Source: Alphaproteobacteria bacterium
GTDB lineage: Bacteria; Pseudomonadota; Alphaproteobacteria; UBA7887
DNA: 64,000 nt
NCBI GenBank assembly: GCA_030739735.1
Contig: JASLYQ010000010.1
Location: 16,712-80,711, forward strand
Direction: 5' to 3'
The notes beneath the pieces were generated by a model. That model saw only the letters and a list, made by a program, of their open reading frames with translations, made no database searches and was not told the DNA's origin. Shown piece by piece: positions 19,748-32,650 of the stretch; positions within the stretch are counted from its first letter, which is position 1; the number at the start of each line of letters is the position of its first letter. Position numbers and translations under genes: made by a program.

Positions 19748-20819
19748 CTAGCGCAGATAAGTGTCGACACTCTGGCTTCTTAACTCGGCCCCGACGCGTT
19801 CGACTTCCGACCAAAGCGCCTCGACCTCGGCCGCAGAAATGCCAAAACCCTCGGTGATCCAGCTCTTAAAAGCGGGGCGGGTGATATCGCGCATACGCCC
19901 GCGCTCGGCGTCATCAAGCACGTGACAGGCTTCGAACTCGCGGCACGACACAGCCCAGCCCAACACCGCCTGGTGCGCGGCGATGCCATGGGCGATGGCA
20001 ATCGATTCCCGTGCCGATTCGACGACGGCGTGACGGTGCTGGACGGGCAACTCGTTGAGCCAGGCCTCACTGACCATCCAGGTAATCGTGTTGTACACAT
20101 GTCCGGTCCAGGTAGTGTAGTCGTTGACCTCCCACAGATTGAAGCCCAACGAGACCACCGGCGCATTGAACTGACCGTCAGCGAGCCCTGTGGTGAGCGC
20201 GGTAATCACCTCGCCCCAGGGCAGCGGCGTGGCCGAGGCCCCTAAGGCACGCATGGTGGCGATATGTGCCGGATTCTCCTCGACACGAATATTGAGGCCG
20301 GCGAAGTCCTCGACGCTGGTGATCAGGCGCTTGTTATTGGTCATGGCGACAAACCCGCCACCGTCGTCGAAGGTGCCAAGATAGCGCAGGCCGGTGTCGG
20401 CAACGCTCGGACGCATGAAGTCGGCGAACCATGCGGAATCAAAAAAGCCCCAAGCTTGGGCGTAGGAATCAAACAAGAACGGTGTGGCAACAATTTGGTA
20501 GCGCTTGTAGAACGACGACATGGCGCCGGACGAGAGCAGCGCCGACTGCACGATGCGCCCCTTCTGAGCCTGCTTGCCGGTTTCAACCTCGGAACCGAGC
20601 GCGCCGCTGCCGAATATCTCTACTATCACCTCGCCGCCCGTGCGCTCGCCCACCAAGCGGGCAAAGTGGTGCAAGGCGGGCGCGACCTCATTGTTTTCCA
20701 GGCTATCCGGGTAGAGGTGCGCGATCGTCATGGTTTGAGCGGCCTCGGCCACCTGAGCCGATACGGCGCTGCAAAGCACGGCTACGGCCGCGACGTGAAT
20801 AAGGCTGCGCGACATTTTG
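19748..20819 (-). CDS. dctP: TRAP transporter solute-binding subunit (DctP family), secreted
   Basis: After trimming the ORF-track extension, the start MSRSLIHVAAVAVLCSAVSAQVAEA is a signal peptide. It is followed by the DctP-fold SBP and is the first gene of the dctPQM operon. Confidence 0.75.
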
Positions 20820-21106
20820 TCCTCCATTGATGATCTGTCCGGCCACGCTAAAGTATTACAATGGCGCCGTTGGCGGCAAAGGGCGTTTTGACCCACGTAG
20901 ACACTTCCGGCACCATAGCCCGCATACTGCCAGACGCCTGGCCCGGCGGGGAAAGAGAATAGCAGTAGCATGACTTGTCGCGGATACCAGCCGGCCGCCA
21001 GCCAAAACCGAGGCTAGAGCTGGGTTCGACTGCGCGAAAAGGCCGCCTCAGGAGATTGGATCCAAAACGCTGCTGGGGAGTGGATCCGCAAGCTGCAATC
21101 CGTGGC

Positions 21107-21445
21107 TCAAAGCAACTTTCCCTCGAACGGGTGCCAACCCTTTGCGTGCACTATCTCCACCACCCACAGATCCGGGTCGCGGTCAATAGCGCGCGCGATA
21201 TACGCGTCAGCCTCTTCCTCGGTGACGCTCTCTCCGGATAGTGCCGCAATCCAGGCCCGCGCACCATCAACATCGCGCGTTTGAGAGAGCACGCGGCAAC
21301 CGTTTGCACCTTGGTTGAGCTTGAGAAGCAGCATGCCACCGTGGGGGTCCCCCTTGCGCAGGACGTAGACCGGAACGGCCTCGGCCATACAGCGGCGCAA
21401 ATGGGCCTGCATCCACAGCTCCGTCGGCAGGCGGGCCTCCTCCAT
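21107..21445 (-). CDS. DUF1491 family protein
   Basis: MEEARLPTELWMQAHLRRCMAEAVPVYVLRKGDPHGGMLLLKLNQG…GWHPF matches the conserved alphaproteobacterial DUF1491 pattern. The start was trimmed relative to the ORF track. Confidence 0.6.
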   Translation of the reverse strand: MEEARLPTELWMQAHLRRCMAEAVPVYVLRKGDPHGGMLLLKLNQGANGCRVLSQTRDVDGARAWIAALSGESVTEEEADAYIARAIDRDPDLWVVEIVHAKGWHPFEGKLL

Positions 21446-21446
21446 T

Positions 21447-21632
21447 TTAGTTAGTGATGGCTGCCATCCAGCCGATGTTGGAGATCGGCTCGTGGGTGAT
21501 GTTGACGCTGCGGGCCACAACATAGACGCCGCTCATCACACCGAGGACGACCACCGACGCATTAGTATTAGCTTGCTTAGCCAAGAAGAACGATACGGCC
21601 ACACACAGAGCTCTGACAGACAATCGCGTCAC
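21447..21632 (-). CDS. Small hydrophobic hypothetical protein (61 aa), possibly translationally coupled to DUF1491
   Basis: An ORF with one or two predicted TM segments whose stop abuts the DUF1491 start. No recognisable family. Confidence 0.3.
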   Translation of the reverse strand: MTRLSVRALCVAVSFFLAKQANTNASVVVLGVMSGVYVVARSVNITHEPISNIGWMAAITN

Positions 21633-22181
21633 GGCGTTCCTAACATTCTAATGTAGCTTAAGATGCCACCACCAGTTCGCGTCGAAAAACAAAATTAAAA
21701 ATCCCGCAACGGCCGTCACCATGAAACTGCGCAGTCAATTCTCGCTTCGTTGCGGATTGTTGGCGATCTCACAGAAAGCGGGTAGGCCTACTAACCACAC
21801 ATTCACCTGATTATCCCTCACAACGTGGCATTCGACACAGATGTCGTCGCCGATTAAGCCACCATTCTATGGGGTTTCGATTTCCGTATTGCCGGCATGT
21901 TGAACACACCACCACCTAGGCTACGACAATTGCCGCCGTTCTCGTTCGTACGCTCCCGCTATTTTCCAAATAACTTTATCTGAGGTGTGTCGTCAATGCC
22001 TCAACTTGGATCAGATACCCCGCCTCAAACGCCCTTGTATTGCGCGCTTCCAATGCGTCGAAATGGGCTGCAACCCTCATGACAGGGCGCGCAGAAGGAA
22101 GCAATTTTCACCTATAAGACCGGACCGCCGGCAATTGCATTTTCCGGATGACAGAAGGCGACTGCTAAGGCGCCATCCCAC

Positions 22182-23108
22182 TCAAATAGGGTCCCAACCG
22201 AAGACATTGGTTGTCACATCGAGACCATGGAACGAGGCCGAAAGCGCCGGCATCGCGTGCTCAGCGACACTCGCGGGGGTCCAGCCCTCACCACGATGGA
22301 CGGAGCGCACGGGGCGCGGCTGGCTCATGAGGAAGATCTCGTTGTTGCGCACGGCAAAAATCTGACCACTGACCCCCTCTTCGCTCGCCCGGTCGCTAAC
22401 CAGATAGGTGGCGAGAGGTGCGATTTTGTCCGGAGTCATCGCCTTCAGACGCGCGATTCTGGCGGCCTGGGAGTCGTCAGTGATGGGGATGGTGCCGATC
22501 ATGCGGCTCCAAGCGAAGGGCGATATGCAGTTCGAGCGCACACCGAAGCGCGCCATATCCAGCGCGATCGACTTCGATAGCCCGACGATACCAAGCTTTG
22601 CCGCAGAGTAGTTAGCCTGTCCGACATTTCCGATCAGACCAGAAGTCGATGTCATAAAGACGAAAGCGCCGCCGCCTTGCTCTCGAAAACGTGTCGCCGC
22701 GGCACGGCTGACATTAAAGCTACCCTTGAGATGAACCGAGATTACGGCATCCCAGTCCGCCTCGCTCATCTTGTGAAAAATACCGTCGCGCAGAATGCCG
22801 GCATTGCTGACTACCGCATCGAGCCCCCCGAAGGAATCGACAGCTTGGGCAACCATGGCTTCGGCAGCCTCTGGATCGGTGACGCTGTCGAAATTGGCCA
22901 CGGCCTCACCACCAGCAACGGCAATCTCGTCGACCACCTCAAGCGCCGGCACTTTATCCTCGCCCTCGCCCTTCTCGGTGCCGCCGAGATCATTAACGAC
23001 CACACGCGCACCCTCACCTGCCATCATGATAGCCATGGCGCGGCCGATACCCCGGCCTGCGCCCGAAATTAATACCCTCTTGCCTGCCAGCATGCCGCCT
23101 TTAGCCAT
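22182..23108 (-). CDS. SDR family NAD(P)-dependent oxidoreductase with a C-terminal extension
   Basis: Glycine-rich cofactor motif LISGAGRGIGRA, plus NAG (NAGILRD) and a catalytic YxxxK-type region. An extra domain of about 70 aa follows the Rossmann core. Confidence 0.7.
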   Translation of the reverse strand: MAKGGMLAGKRVLISGAGRGIGRAMAIMMAGEGARVVVNDLGGTEKGEGEDKVPALEVVDEIAVAGGEAVANFDSVTDPEAAEAMVAQAVDSFGGLDAVVSNAGILRDGIFHKMSEADWDAVISVHLKGSFNVSRAAATRFREQGGGAFVFMTSTSGLIGNVGQANYSAAKLGIVGLSKSIALDMARFGVRSNCISPFAWSRMIGTIPITDDSQAARIARLKAMTPDKIAPLATYLVSDRASEEGVSGQIFAVRNNEIFLMSQPRPVRSVHRGEGWTPASVAEHAMPALSASFHGLDVTTNVFGWDPI

Positions 23109-23533
23109 CGTCCTCTCCCTTGCGCAACAGCCACAGAAATCCAGCCGCAGCATTGATCCTAGTTGGCTCCGCTAACGAGTGCCAGTCGCGGGTTACGGAA
23201 TATAAAATGAGGCTTTGGAGCGCTTCAGGTCGAGATCGTGGCAATCCTCGTAACCGGAGGCTATCGGCCTGCCCAAGGCGCACCTCGATTCTGTGTAGAA
23301 GCAAACAGGCTGCCGTCCACTGACAGCCACCCGCTATCGAAACGAATGAGGACCTCCTTATCACAAACGGCTGACAGGCCGACAACCGAGGGGCTAAGCT
23401 GGTACACAACGAACCGGGGATCTTCATATTGCCGTAGGAACCCGTCTCAAAACCGAATCCGTATGGATGCCCAACAGGTTGATCCACGCTCATCCAGGAC
23501 CGTCGTGAATAATCCAGGCTAAGAGGGAACGTC

Positions 23534-24604
23534 ATGCAATTCGGAATAATGTATCTGTTCAGCGAGTTTGGCAAAAAGCCGCAGGCCCAGGTATTCAAGG
23601 AATTTCTCGAAGAAGTGGAACTGGCGGAGGAGTTGGGATTCGATTCAGTCTGGCTGCCAGAGCACCATTTCTCGGTTTACGGCATGCTGGGCGATACCCT
23701 AACCCTAGCCGCCGCCATCGCCCAGCGCACCAAACGGATTAAGATCGGCACCGCCGTCGTTCTTTTATCTCTACAGCACCCGGTACGGGTGGCCGAGCAG
23801 GCCGCTCTGGTGGATTGCCTGAGCGAGGGCCGGCTGTTGCTGGGCGTTGGTCGGGCTTACCAGCCGGGCGAATTCGCTGGTTTTGGCTTGGATCCGTCTG
23901 ACTCCCGCGAACGTTTCTTCGAAGCCATGGAGATCCTGCTGAAATGCTTCAGCAGCGAGACCTTCTCGCACCAAGGACAGTTCTGGTCCTGCAACGACGT
24001 GCAACTATTTCCCAAACCGGTGCAACAGCCCCATCCGCCTATGTACATGGCCGCCGTGTCGCCGCCGTCGTACCAGTTAGCGGCGCAGAGAGGCCTGTCG
24101 ATCCTGCGAGCGCCCCGCTTTACTTCATTGGAATTAGTGCAGGAGCAATGGGGCGAGTACACCAAATATATGAATGACGCTGGTCGCGACCCGATGAACC
24201 AGGATCAACCAATGTTGATGCAGACCTTCGTCGCCGAGACAGAAGCCGAGGCCAAGGACACGGCCGAGCCCCATGCCATGTGGTACCATGAACTGTTTCA
24301 GAAGGTACTGCCGGGCGCGCCGGGCAAAAAGATCCACTCCAGTTACGAGATTTACGACAAAGTGCGCCAAGCCCACGCCAAGGTCACATACGAGGACCTT
24401 GCTAGTTGGGGCAGCGCCTTTGGCACTCCGCAACAGGTGGCCGAGCGTATTCTCACTTATGCTACCGAGGCCGGCGTCAATCATTGGATGGCGGAGATGA
24501 AGTTCGGTGGCATGGGTCATGAGGAGACCAAACGGTCGATGCGGTTGTTCGCGGCAGAGGTCATGCCCAGGGTGCGCGAGGTGCTGGCCGCGCAAGCAGT
24601 CTGA
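23534..24604 (+). CDS. LLM class flavin-dependent oxidoreductase (luciferase-like monooxygenase family)
   Basis: 356 aa with a TIM-barrel LLM signature near the N-terminus (…FDSVWLPEHHFSVYGMLGDTLTLAAAIAQRTKRIKIGTAVVLLSL…). Confidence 0.75.
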   Translation: MQFGIMYLFSEFGKKPQAQVFKEFLEEVELAEELGFDSVWLPEHHFSVYGMLGDTLTLAAAIAQRTKRIKIGTAVVLLSLQHPVRVAEQAALVDCLSEGRLLLGVGRAYQPGEFAGFGLDPSDSRERFFEAMEILLKCFSSETFSHQGQFWSCNDVQLFPKPVQQPHPPMYMAAVSPPSYQLAAQRGLSILRAPRFTSLELVQEQWGEYTKYMNDAGRDPMNQDQPMLMQTFVAETEAEAKDTAEPHAMWYHELFQKVLPGAPGKKIHSSYEIYDKVRQAHAKVTYEDLASWGSAFGTPQQVAERILTYATEAGVNHWMAEMKFGGMGHEETKRSMRLFAAEVMPRVREVLAAQAV

Positions 24605-25008
24605 CAATGCACCGCGTGGTTCGACCACGGTCTGATGTGCGCCATGGGCTAAGGTATTTTTCGGGAACCACGGGCAAGCCATGCCTGGGCTGGCATCGCC
24701 GCTCTTAAAGGCGACGCTCACCGTGGTGGTGGCAGTGCTCGCTGGTCAGGGCCGTCAAATGTTCGGGATCCAGCTGCGGTACGGCTGTGGCACGCTCGCA
24801 GTATGCACCGTGGCGGTGGGGGCCTCAGATTCATCGTTCTCCCTATTGAGTCCTACCGCAAGCGCTGCTGATCGGCAGCCTGTTCCAAACGCCAGACGCG
24901 AGTTCTACGAAGTCATAAAAACGGTGGCGGAAACTGGCCGCGGACCACGGAGGCAAACCCCGAGCATAGGCTGCTGGATCAAAATGGCAGAACGCGGCTT
25001 GTCGCCTG

Positions 25009-25434
25009 TCAAATACCGTCGGGATTTCCGACTTCTATCTCGCCAAAGGAAATGATGCGTCCGTTGTCATCGGTAAAGGTGATGACGCCCTCATTCTCGT
25101 TGACAGTAGCACACGAGCTGATCCAACGAAAATTTTCCCACTCGACGCAAAGCTGACCCAGATCGTTGACCCACCAGCGGCCATCAGATTTCGAAACGGT
25201 GCTACCAATACCGCTCAGCTCCGCCCTCACCCGGCCGTTCACCGCGTGAAACATGACATAACTGGTTTCGTCGTTAGGATTGAAGCCATAGACGGTATTG
25301 CCACGCAGCAAAGCAGTCACCTCGTCAGAGCTCAAGCGCTTCGGCCGCGCTTCGGCATTGGAGACGATGCTCGATAGTGCGACGGCCAGCAAGAGCGCTA
25401 CGGTCGAAAGTTTGCTCAAGAATTTCATTATCAC
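25009..25434 (-). CDS. Secreted hypothetical protein (141 aa)
   Basis: A clear signal peptide MIMKFLSKLSTVALLLAVALSSIVSNAEA. The mature region has no recognisable catalytic motifs. Confidence 0.45.
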   Translation of the reverse strand: MIMKFLSKLSTVALLLAVALSSIVSNAEARPKRLSSDEVTALLRGNTVYGFNPNDETSYVMFHAVNGRVRAELSGIGSTVSKSDGRWWVNDLGQLCVEWENFRWISSCATVNENEGVITFTDDNGRIISFGEIEVGNPDGI

Positions 25435-25905
25435 CGCCGTTTCCGGCCATGTGCACTGGCTCTACAATATGGCCGCGGCAGGTACGAGTTCAAGAAGCCC
25501 CGTGGACGGTGGAACCCCGCCCCACAGACCGCGACACTATATTCCCATGGCATCGTGGGAGGTCATCCGAGCCATGAGCCCGAGGTAAGATCACAGGACC
25601 GCGAACGCAGGCGCCAACCCTGGCAGGCGCGCCACGCTTTTGGGCACAACAACTTTGATCGCGTCGACCACCTTGCTCAAAACCGCCTAGCCCACAATGC
25701 CTAACCGCGCAAAACTATCTCGAACGAGAAGTAAATGACTTGCAGCACAAAAATGGTGCGCCGATTTCCACAAATGCATCCCCTATTCAAGAGAGCGCTT
25801 GAGGTGCGGCACATGTATCACCGTCTGCCCCTATACGCGACCTCTCGTCGCACCACAACTGATCGAAAGGTGACCCGAAGACGTGCGCCACCGCCGCTCA
25901 CGGGG

Positions 25906-25981
25906 TGGTGGGCGATGACGGGATCGAACCGCCGACCTCCTCGGTGTAAACGAGGCGCTCTCCCAGCTGAGCTAATCGCCC
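25906..25981 (-). tRNA. tRNA-Val (anticodon TAC)
   Basis: The reverse complement reads GGGCGATTAGCTCAGCTGGGAGAGCGCCTCGTTTACACCGAGGAGGTCGGCGGTTCGATCCCGTCATCGCCCACCA. It has a 7-bp acceptor stem, a D-arm, an anticodon stem CCTCG/CGAGG with loop TTTACAC, a T-arm GGTTCGATCC and a 3' CCA. Confidence 0.9.
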
Positions 25982-26008
25982 GGCAATCAACGGGCCGCGA
26001 CCGGACCC

Positions 26009-26044
26009 AGAAAAAATAATGCCGGCCTCCGCGAAGAGGCCGGC
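26009..26044 (-). terminator. Rho-independent terminator downstream of hupB
   Basis: The minus-strand RNA would form GCCGGCCUC-uucgcg-GAGGCCGGC followed by AUUAUUUUUUCU. Confidence 0.7.
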
Positions 26045-26073
26045 ATGTTTCTTCTTACCGTCTCTTTTCTCAG

Positions 26074-26346
26074 CTAGTTGACCGCACTCTTCAGGCCTTT
26101 GCCGGCCCTAAACTTTGGCTGGTTTGAAGCTGCAATCAAGATCTTGTCACCGGTGCGAGGATTCCTACCTTGCGACGCCGCGCGACGAGTAACGCTGAAC
26201 GTGCCGAAGCCGACCAAGCGTACATCTTCCTTTCTTTTTAGCGCCGCAGTAATTGTATCCAATATCGCATCAACTGCCCCTGACGCATCAGATTTCGACA
26301 GATTGGCCGCGTCGGCAACTGCCCCGATGAGTTCGTTTTTGTTCAC
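26074..26346 (-). CDS. hupB: HU family DNA-binding protein
   Basis: 90 aa: MNKNELIGAVADAANLSKSDASGAVDAILDTITAALKRKEDVRLVGFGTFSVTRRAASQGRNPRTGDKILIAASNQPKFRAGKGLK. Confidence 0.9.
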   Translation of the reverse strand: MNKNELIGAVADAANLSKSDASGAVDAILDTITAALKRKEDVRLVGFGTFSVTRRAASQGRNPRTGDKILIAASNQPKFRAGKGLKSAVN

Positions 26347-26484
26347 AAGCGGGCCCCCCTATTGCTGAAACTAGACTCTCGGAAACTTGGCGGCTACAGA
26401 CCGCTATCCCATTGATCACACTCTACGGCGAGCCCAACAATGCGTCAATTCAAACATCCCCTAAAACTCCTGCTAAATCCGGTT

Positions 26485-28962
26485 TTAATGTGTTAGGACA
26501 GAATCGTCCCCACCCTCGTCGTTATCGATCGCCACTGATGCGGCCTCCGCCTCGTCCCATTCGACGGGAACAGGCCGGCCGGTCAACGCATGCTCAAGTA
26601 CTTCGCCGACCATCACCACAGGAATGATCGTGAGCTTCCGCTTCACGTTTTCCGGGATATCGGCCAAATCTTTCTCGTTTTCCTTGGGGATCAGCACAGT
26701 CGTCATTCCGCCACGTAAGGCAGCGAGCAGCTTCTCCTTCAAACCGCCGATCGGAAGCACCCGCCCGCGCAAAGTCACCTCCCCTGTCATGGCGATATCA
26801 TGGCGCACACTGATTCCGGTGAGGGCCGAGACGATGGACGTAGCAATCGCGATACCCGCTGACGGACCGTCCTTGGGAATCGCACCCTCCGGCACGTGGA
26901 CGTGCAAATCGCGCTTCTCAAACAAAGGCGGCTCGATGCCGAACTCGGTGGCACGCGAGCGCACATAGGAAACCGCCGCCTGCACCGATTCCTGCATCAC
27001 ATCACCAAGCTGGCCGGTGATCGTGCGCCGCCCCTTACCTGGCATAACCGCCGTTTCGATCGATAACAGTTCACCGCCCGTATCCGTGTAAGCAAGCCCC
27101 GTCACCACGCCGGTAAGCGGCTCGCTATCCGCCTCTCCGTGCCGGTACTTCGGCACACCGGCGTACTTCGCAAGGTTGCGCCGGGTGACCTTGACCTTAT
27201 GCTCCTCACCTTCCTTGCGCGTCTCAACCGATTTGCCGTCGGCCACGGCGAGCAGGATCTCCTTCACCGCCTTGCGGGTCAGATTGGCGATCTCACGCTC
27301 GAGATTGCGCACCCCGGCCTCACGCGTATAAAGGCGAACAATATCGCGCAGCGCCTCGTCAGAGATGGACCATTCGCCGTCCTTAAGGCCGTGGCGCTCG
27401 ACCTGCTTCGGGATCAGGTGGCGCCTGGCGATCTCGATCTTCTCTTCCTCCGTATAGCCGCCAAGCCGAATGGTCTCCATGCGGTCGAGCAAGGCCGGCG
27501 GAATGCGCAGCGTGTTCGCCGTGGTGATGAACATGACCTCGCTGAGATCGTAGTCGACCTCTAGATAATGGTCGTTGAAGGCCAGGTTCTGCTCCGGATC
27601 CAACACCTCCAGCAGCGCCGCTGCCGGATCGCCGCGAAAATCTGCCCCTATCTTGTCAATCTCGTCGAGTAGGAACAGGGGGTTGGAGGACTTCACCTTC
27701 TTCATGCCCTGGATGATCTTGCCGGGCAAAGAACCGATATAGGTCCGGCGATGGCCGCGGATCTCAGCCTCGTCGCGCACGCCACCCAGACTGATGCGCA
27801 CGAAGTTGCGCGCCGTGGCGCGCGCGATCGATTTGCCGAGCGAGGTTTTACCGACGCCCGGCGGTCCCACCAGGCATAGAATGGGTCCGCGCATCTTCTT
27901 GGCCCTGAGCTGAACTGCCAGATATTCGACGATGCGCTCTTTCACTCGCACCAGTCCATAATGATCCTCGTCCAGGATTGCCTGGGCGCGCACCAGATCC
28001 TTCTTGATACGTGTGCGTTTCTTCCAGGGGATCGACAGCATCCAGTCGAGGTAATTGCGCACGACCGTAGCTTCTGCTGACATCGGGCTCATATTGCGCA
28101 GCTTATTGAGTTCGCTGAGCGATTTCTCTCGCGCCTCGGCACTGAGCTTAGTCTTTTCAATCGCCTCTTCCAGCTCGGCGATCTCGTCCTTGCCGTCCTC
28201 GCCCTCGCCGAGTTCTTTCTGGATCGCCTTCATCTGCTCGTTGAGGTAATACTCGCGCTGGGTCTTCTCCATTTGCCGCTTGACCCGCGAGCGGATGCGC
28301 TTCTCGACTTGCATGACGCCGATCTCGCCTTCGATCATGGCGTAGACGCGCTCCAGGCGCTCGCGTACGGATTCTATCTCAAGCAGTTCCTGCTTCTCAG
28401 CAATCTTGATCGCGAGATGCGAGGCGATAGTGTCGATCAGCCGGCTAGGCTCCTCGATCTGATTGAGCGAGACCAGAACCTCCGGCGGCACCTTCTTGTT
28501 GAGCTTGACATAATTCTCAAACTGCGAGGTGACCGCGCGTGCCAGGGCTTCGATCTCGGCCGGATCCTCCTCGTGCTCGTCCATGAGCACGGCGAGGGCC
28601 TCGAAATAGTCGTCGATACGAGTATAGCGCTCGATCGTCGCGCGAGAGCCGCCTTCGACCAGGACCTTGACCGTACCGTCTGGCAGCTTTAGCAGCTGCA
28701 GCACCGTGCCGACGGTGCCGACCGCAAAAATTTCATCGGTCGATGGATCGTCCATGCCGGCATCGCGTTGGGTGACGAGCAGAATTTGCTTGTCGTTCTT
28801 CATAACCTCTTCCAGCGCGCGCACAGATTTGTCACGGCCCACGAAGAGCGGCACGATCATGTGAGGAAACACCACGATATCGCGCAGGGGAAGAACGGGA
28901 TAGAGGGTCGCAGGAGATGGTTTTGTCATCAGTCTCGCACCGTCACTGGCCCCGGCGGACAC
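26485..28962 (-). CDS. lon: ATP-dependent Lon protease
   Basis: An N-terminal LON substrate-binding domain ([26 protein letters not shown]), an AAA+ Walker [10 protein letters not shown], and a C-terminal Ser protease domain (…[10 protein letters not shown]…). An alternative start is MTKPS… at 28929. Confidence 0.95.
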   Translation of the reverse strand: MSAGASDGARLMTKPSPATLYPVLPLRDIVVFPHMIVPLFVGRDKSVRALEEVMKNDKQILLVTQRDAGMDDPSTDEIFAVGTVGTVLQLLKLPDGTVKVLVEGGSRATIERYTRIDDYFEALAVLMDEHEEDPAEIEALARAVTSQFENYVKLNKKVPPEVLVSLNQIEEPSRLIDTIASHLAIKIAEKQELLEIESVRERLERVYAMIEGEIGVMQVEKRIRSRVKRQMEKTQREYYLNEQMKAIQKELGEGEDGKDEIAELEEAIEKTKLSAEAREKSLSELNKLRNMSPMSAEATVVRNYLDWMLSIPWKKRTRIKKDLVRAQAILDEDHYGLVRVKERIVEYLAVQLRAKKMRGPILCLVGPPGVGKTSLGKSIARATARNFVRISLGGVRDEAEIRGHRRTYIGSLPGKIIQGMKKVKSSNPLFLLDEIDKIGADFRGDPAAALLEVLDPEQNLAFNDHYLEVDYDLSEVMFITTANTLRIPPALLDRMETIRLGGYTEEEKIEIARRHLIPKQVERHGLKDGEWSISDEALRDIVRLYTREAGVRNLEREIANLTRKAVKEILLAVADGKSVETRKEGEEHKVKVTRRNLAKYAGVPKYRHGEADSEPLTGVVTGLAYTDTGGELLSIETAVMPGKGRRTITGQLGDVMQESVQAAVSYVRSRATEFGIEPPLFEKRDLHVHVPEGAIPKDGPSAGIAIATSIVSALTGISVRHDIAMTGEVTLRGRVLPIGGLKEKLLAALRGGMTTVLIPKENEKDLADIPENVKRKLTIIPVVMVGEVLEHALTGRPVPVEWDEAEAASVAIDNDEGGDDSVLTH

Positions 28963-29049
28963 CGGAGCAATGCCGCCGACCGGTCGGCCGTGCGGGATAC
29001 ACTTAGGTGGCGGTAACGAGCCGATTCGTCAAGTCCGCTGCGGACTTGA

Positions 29050-30318
<1,269 letters not shown>

Positions 30319-30451
30319 ATAGATCTCAACGCTAGTCGCGTGCGCGAATCGCCGATGCTAGACGCGGCATACACCAAACAACAACCATAGACTGAGTGCA
30401 CGGTGCCGCAAATGCAAAATCGTACTGGAGTGGTTGCGTCCAAGCCACACC

Positions 30452-31090
30452 TCAGCTCCCAGAATCCTCTTCTTCCGGCGTCGGGCGGCTGGTGACGACT
30501 TCGTCGATGAGCCCGAACTCCTTCGCCGCCTCTGGCATCAGGAAGCGGTCGCGCTCCATCGCTTTTTCGATGTCCGTGAGCTTCTGGCCGGTATGGCGGG
30601 CGTAAATCTCGTTGAGTCGGCTACGCAGCGCCAAGATCTCCTTGGCATGTATTTCGATATCTGTGGCCTGACCCTGAAAGCCGCCGGAAGGCTGGTGAAT
30701 CAAGATACGCGCGTTTGGCAGTGAGTGGCGCATGCCAGGAGTTCCGGCGGCCAGCAGCAATGACCCCATGGACGCAGCCTGGCCAATGCACAGGGTCGAG
30801 ACAGCCGGGCGGATGTATTGCATGGTGTCGTAAATCGCCAGGCCCGAGGTGACGACGCCACCCGGCGAGTTGATATAGAGGGCGATGTCCTTGGTTGGGT
30901 TCTCCGATTCAAGATAGAGCAGCTGCGCCGTGACCAATGATGCCACCAGATCATCAACCGCGCCCGTAACAAAGATGATGCGCTCCTTGAGCAGGCGCGA
31001 ATAGATATCATAGGCCCGCTCGCCACGGTTGGTCTGCTCCACCACCATGGGCACCAGCGCGTTCATAGTGGTCTCGATGGGATCCCTCAT
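30452..31090 (-). CDS. clpP: ATP-dependent Clp protease proteolytic subunit ClpP
   Basis: 212 aa with catalytic-triad context (…[14 protein letters not shown]…HQPSGG…). Confidence 0.95.
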   Translation of the reverse strand: MRDPIETTMNALVPMVVEQTNRGERAYDIYSRLLKERIIFVTGAVDDLVASLVTAQLLYLESENPTKDIALYINSPGGVVTSGLAIYDTMQYIRPAVSTLCIGQAASMGSLLLAAGTPGMRHSLPNARILIHQPSGGFQGQATDIEIHAKEILALRSRLNEIYARHTGQKLTDIEKAMERDRFLMPEAAKEFGLIDEVVTSRPTPEEEDSGS

Positions 31091-31095
31091 CGTCT

Positions 31096-32436
31096 CTACT
31101 CCGCTTTCGCGTCAGCGTCCTCTGGATCGGCAAAGAGTTCTTCCCCAGTCGCCGCCTTTTCCTCGACATTGGCCATCTCGATAATGAAGTCGATCACCTT
31201 GTCCTCATAGAGCGGCGCCTGCAACTCACTCATGGCCTGCTGATTGCTGCGGAAATAGTCGAAGACCTGCTGCTCTTGGCCAGGATGGCGGCGGGCCTGG
31301 TCCATGACCGCGCGGTTGAGTTCTTCCTGGGGCACGACAATCTCGTTGCGCTGGCCAATCTCAGACAGCAGCAGGCCCAGACGGATGCGGCGCTCAGCGA
31401 TGTGGCGGTATTCCTCGCGCGCTTCCTCCTCGGTCTCGTCCATGTCGTCCCAGGTCTTGTTCTCGTGCTCCATGTCGTGGGTGATCTGTTGCCAGATCGA
31501 CTCGAACTCCCGCTCCAGCATGCCCGGCGGGACTTCGAAGTCGTGCTCCGCGGCAAGCTTGTCAAGGATGTCCCGCTTGAGGCGCGTGCGCGAGGCAGTG
31601 CCGTAGTCGCGATCAATCTGATCGCGCACGGCCGTACGCAGGGCAGCCAAATCGTCGAGCCCCATGCGCTCGGCGAGCGCATCATCGACCGCAGTTTTCT
31701 TGCGTTCGAGAAGTTGATGCACCTTGACCTCGAAAACCGCGTCCTTGCCAGCCACGGCCTCGCCCGGATAGTCCTCCGGGAAGGTCACCGTGACCTCGAC
31801 ATCATCGCCAACCTTGACGCCGATCAGTTGCTCCTCGAAGCCTGGCACCAGAGAATTCGAGCCGATCTCGATTTGGAACTCCTCAGCGCTACCGCCCTCG
31901 AACGCCTCGCCATCAATACGGCCGACGAAGTCGATGCGCAGGGCGTCGCCTTCAGCCGCATCGCGCACTTCCTCGACAACCTCGAAGTCCTTCTGCTCGT
32001 CAGCAATCTTCTGTACCGCCTCGTCGACGGTGTCGTCGCCCACCTCGACCTTGAGACGGGTGACCTCTATGCCCTTGAAATCGCCGGGCTCGATATCGGG
32101 CAAGGTCTCCAGCGACAGAGTGTATTCGAGGTCGGCACCGTTCTCGAACTCGCCCATGTCGACCTCGGGTTTCATTGCCGGGCGCACGCTATGGTCCATC
32201 ATGGCCTGTTCTGACGACTTGTTGATCGCCTCGGACAGCACCTCGTCCATCACCGCCTTTTCGAAACGCTTGCGTAGCAACGCCAAAGGCGCCTTGCCAG
32301 GCCGAAAGCCCTTGATTTCCGCGGTTTCCTGTATAGTCGACAGCTTCTCGACGATCTGCGACTCAATCTCGTCGGCGGGCACGATCACCTTGTATTCGCG
32401 CTTCAGACCCTCCGAGAGTGTTTCCGTTACCTGCAT
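31096..32436 (-). CDS. tig: Trigger factor
   Basis: 446 aa with N-terminus [25 protein letters not shown]… and an FKBP-type PPIase core in the middle. It is upstream of clpP, as is canonical. Confidence 0.9.
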   Translation of the reverse strand: MQVTETLSEGLKREYKVIVPADEIESQIVEKLSTIQETAEIKGFRPGKAPLALLRKRFEKAVMDEVLSEAINKSSEQAMMDHSVRPAMKPEVDMGEFENGADLEYTLSLETLPDIEPGDFKGIEVTRLKVEVGDDTVDEAVQKIADEQKDFEVVEEVRDAAEGDALRIDFVGRIDGEAFEGGSAEEFQIEIGSNSLVPGFEEQLIGVKVGDDVEVTVTFPEDYPGEAVAGKDAVFEVKVHQLLERKKTAVDDALAERMGLDDLAALRTAVRDQIDRDYGTASRTRLKRDILDKLAAEHDFEVPPGMLEREFESIWQQITHDMEHENKTWDDMDETEEEAREEYRHIAERRIRLGLLLSEIGQRNEIVVPQEELNRAVMDQARRHPGQEQQVFDYFRSNQQAMSELQAPLYEDKVIDFIIEMANVEEKAATGEELFADPEDADAKAE

Positions 32437-32480
32437 GACGAACTCTGTTGTGATTGCCGAAAAGACGACCCCTAGGCGTA

Positions 32481-32567
32481 TGGTGCGGGCGAAGGGACTC
32501 GAACCCCCACGGCCTTACGGCCACCAGGACCTAAACCTGGCGCGTCTACCAGTTCCGCCACGCCCGC
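32481..32567 (-). tRNA. tRNA-Leu (anticodon TAG)
   Basis: The reverse complement reads GCGGGCGTGGCGGAACTGGTAGACGCGCCAGGTTTAGGTCCTGGTGGCCGTAAGGCCGTGGGGGTTCGAGTCCCTTCGCCCGCACCA. It is an 87-nt tRNA with a long variable arm. Anticodon stem CCAGG/CCTGG, loop TTTAGGT. Confidence 0.9.
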
Positions 32568-32650
32568 CGACACCGGAGCCAGGCCGACCCCCGCACCTGC
32601 GGGAGGGCGCGCAACATGTAGCCCTTCGTCGGGCGAAGACCAAGCAAAAC

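Noticed and set aside
23153-23533. 380-bp leader upstream of the LLM oxidoreductase, inspected for an FMN riboswitch, SRP RNA or 6S RNA
   Set aside because: None of the conserved cores were present, for example no RFN-element GGAUAGUG…GGGAAC and no SRP domain IV GGAAGGAAGCAGCC. It is left as an ordinary 5' region.
24624-24660. Hairpin CGTGG-TTCGA-CCACG after the LLM gene resembling a tRNA T-arm, considered as a duplicated tRNA 3' end (attachment-site remnant) near tRNA-Val
   Set aside because: The flanking sequence does not match the acceptor or 3' end of tRNA-Val. The loop is 5 nt rather than 7. It is more likely a weak terminator or a coincidence.
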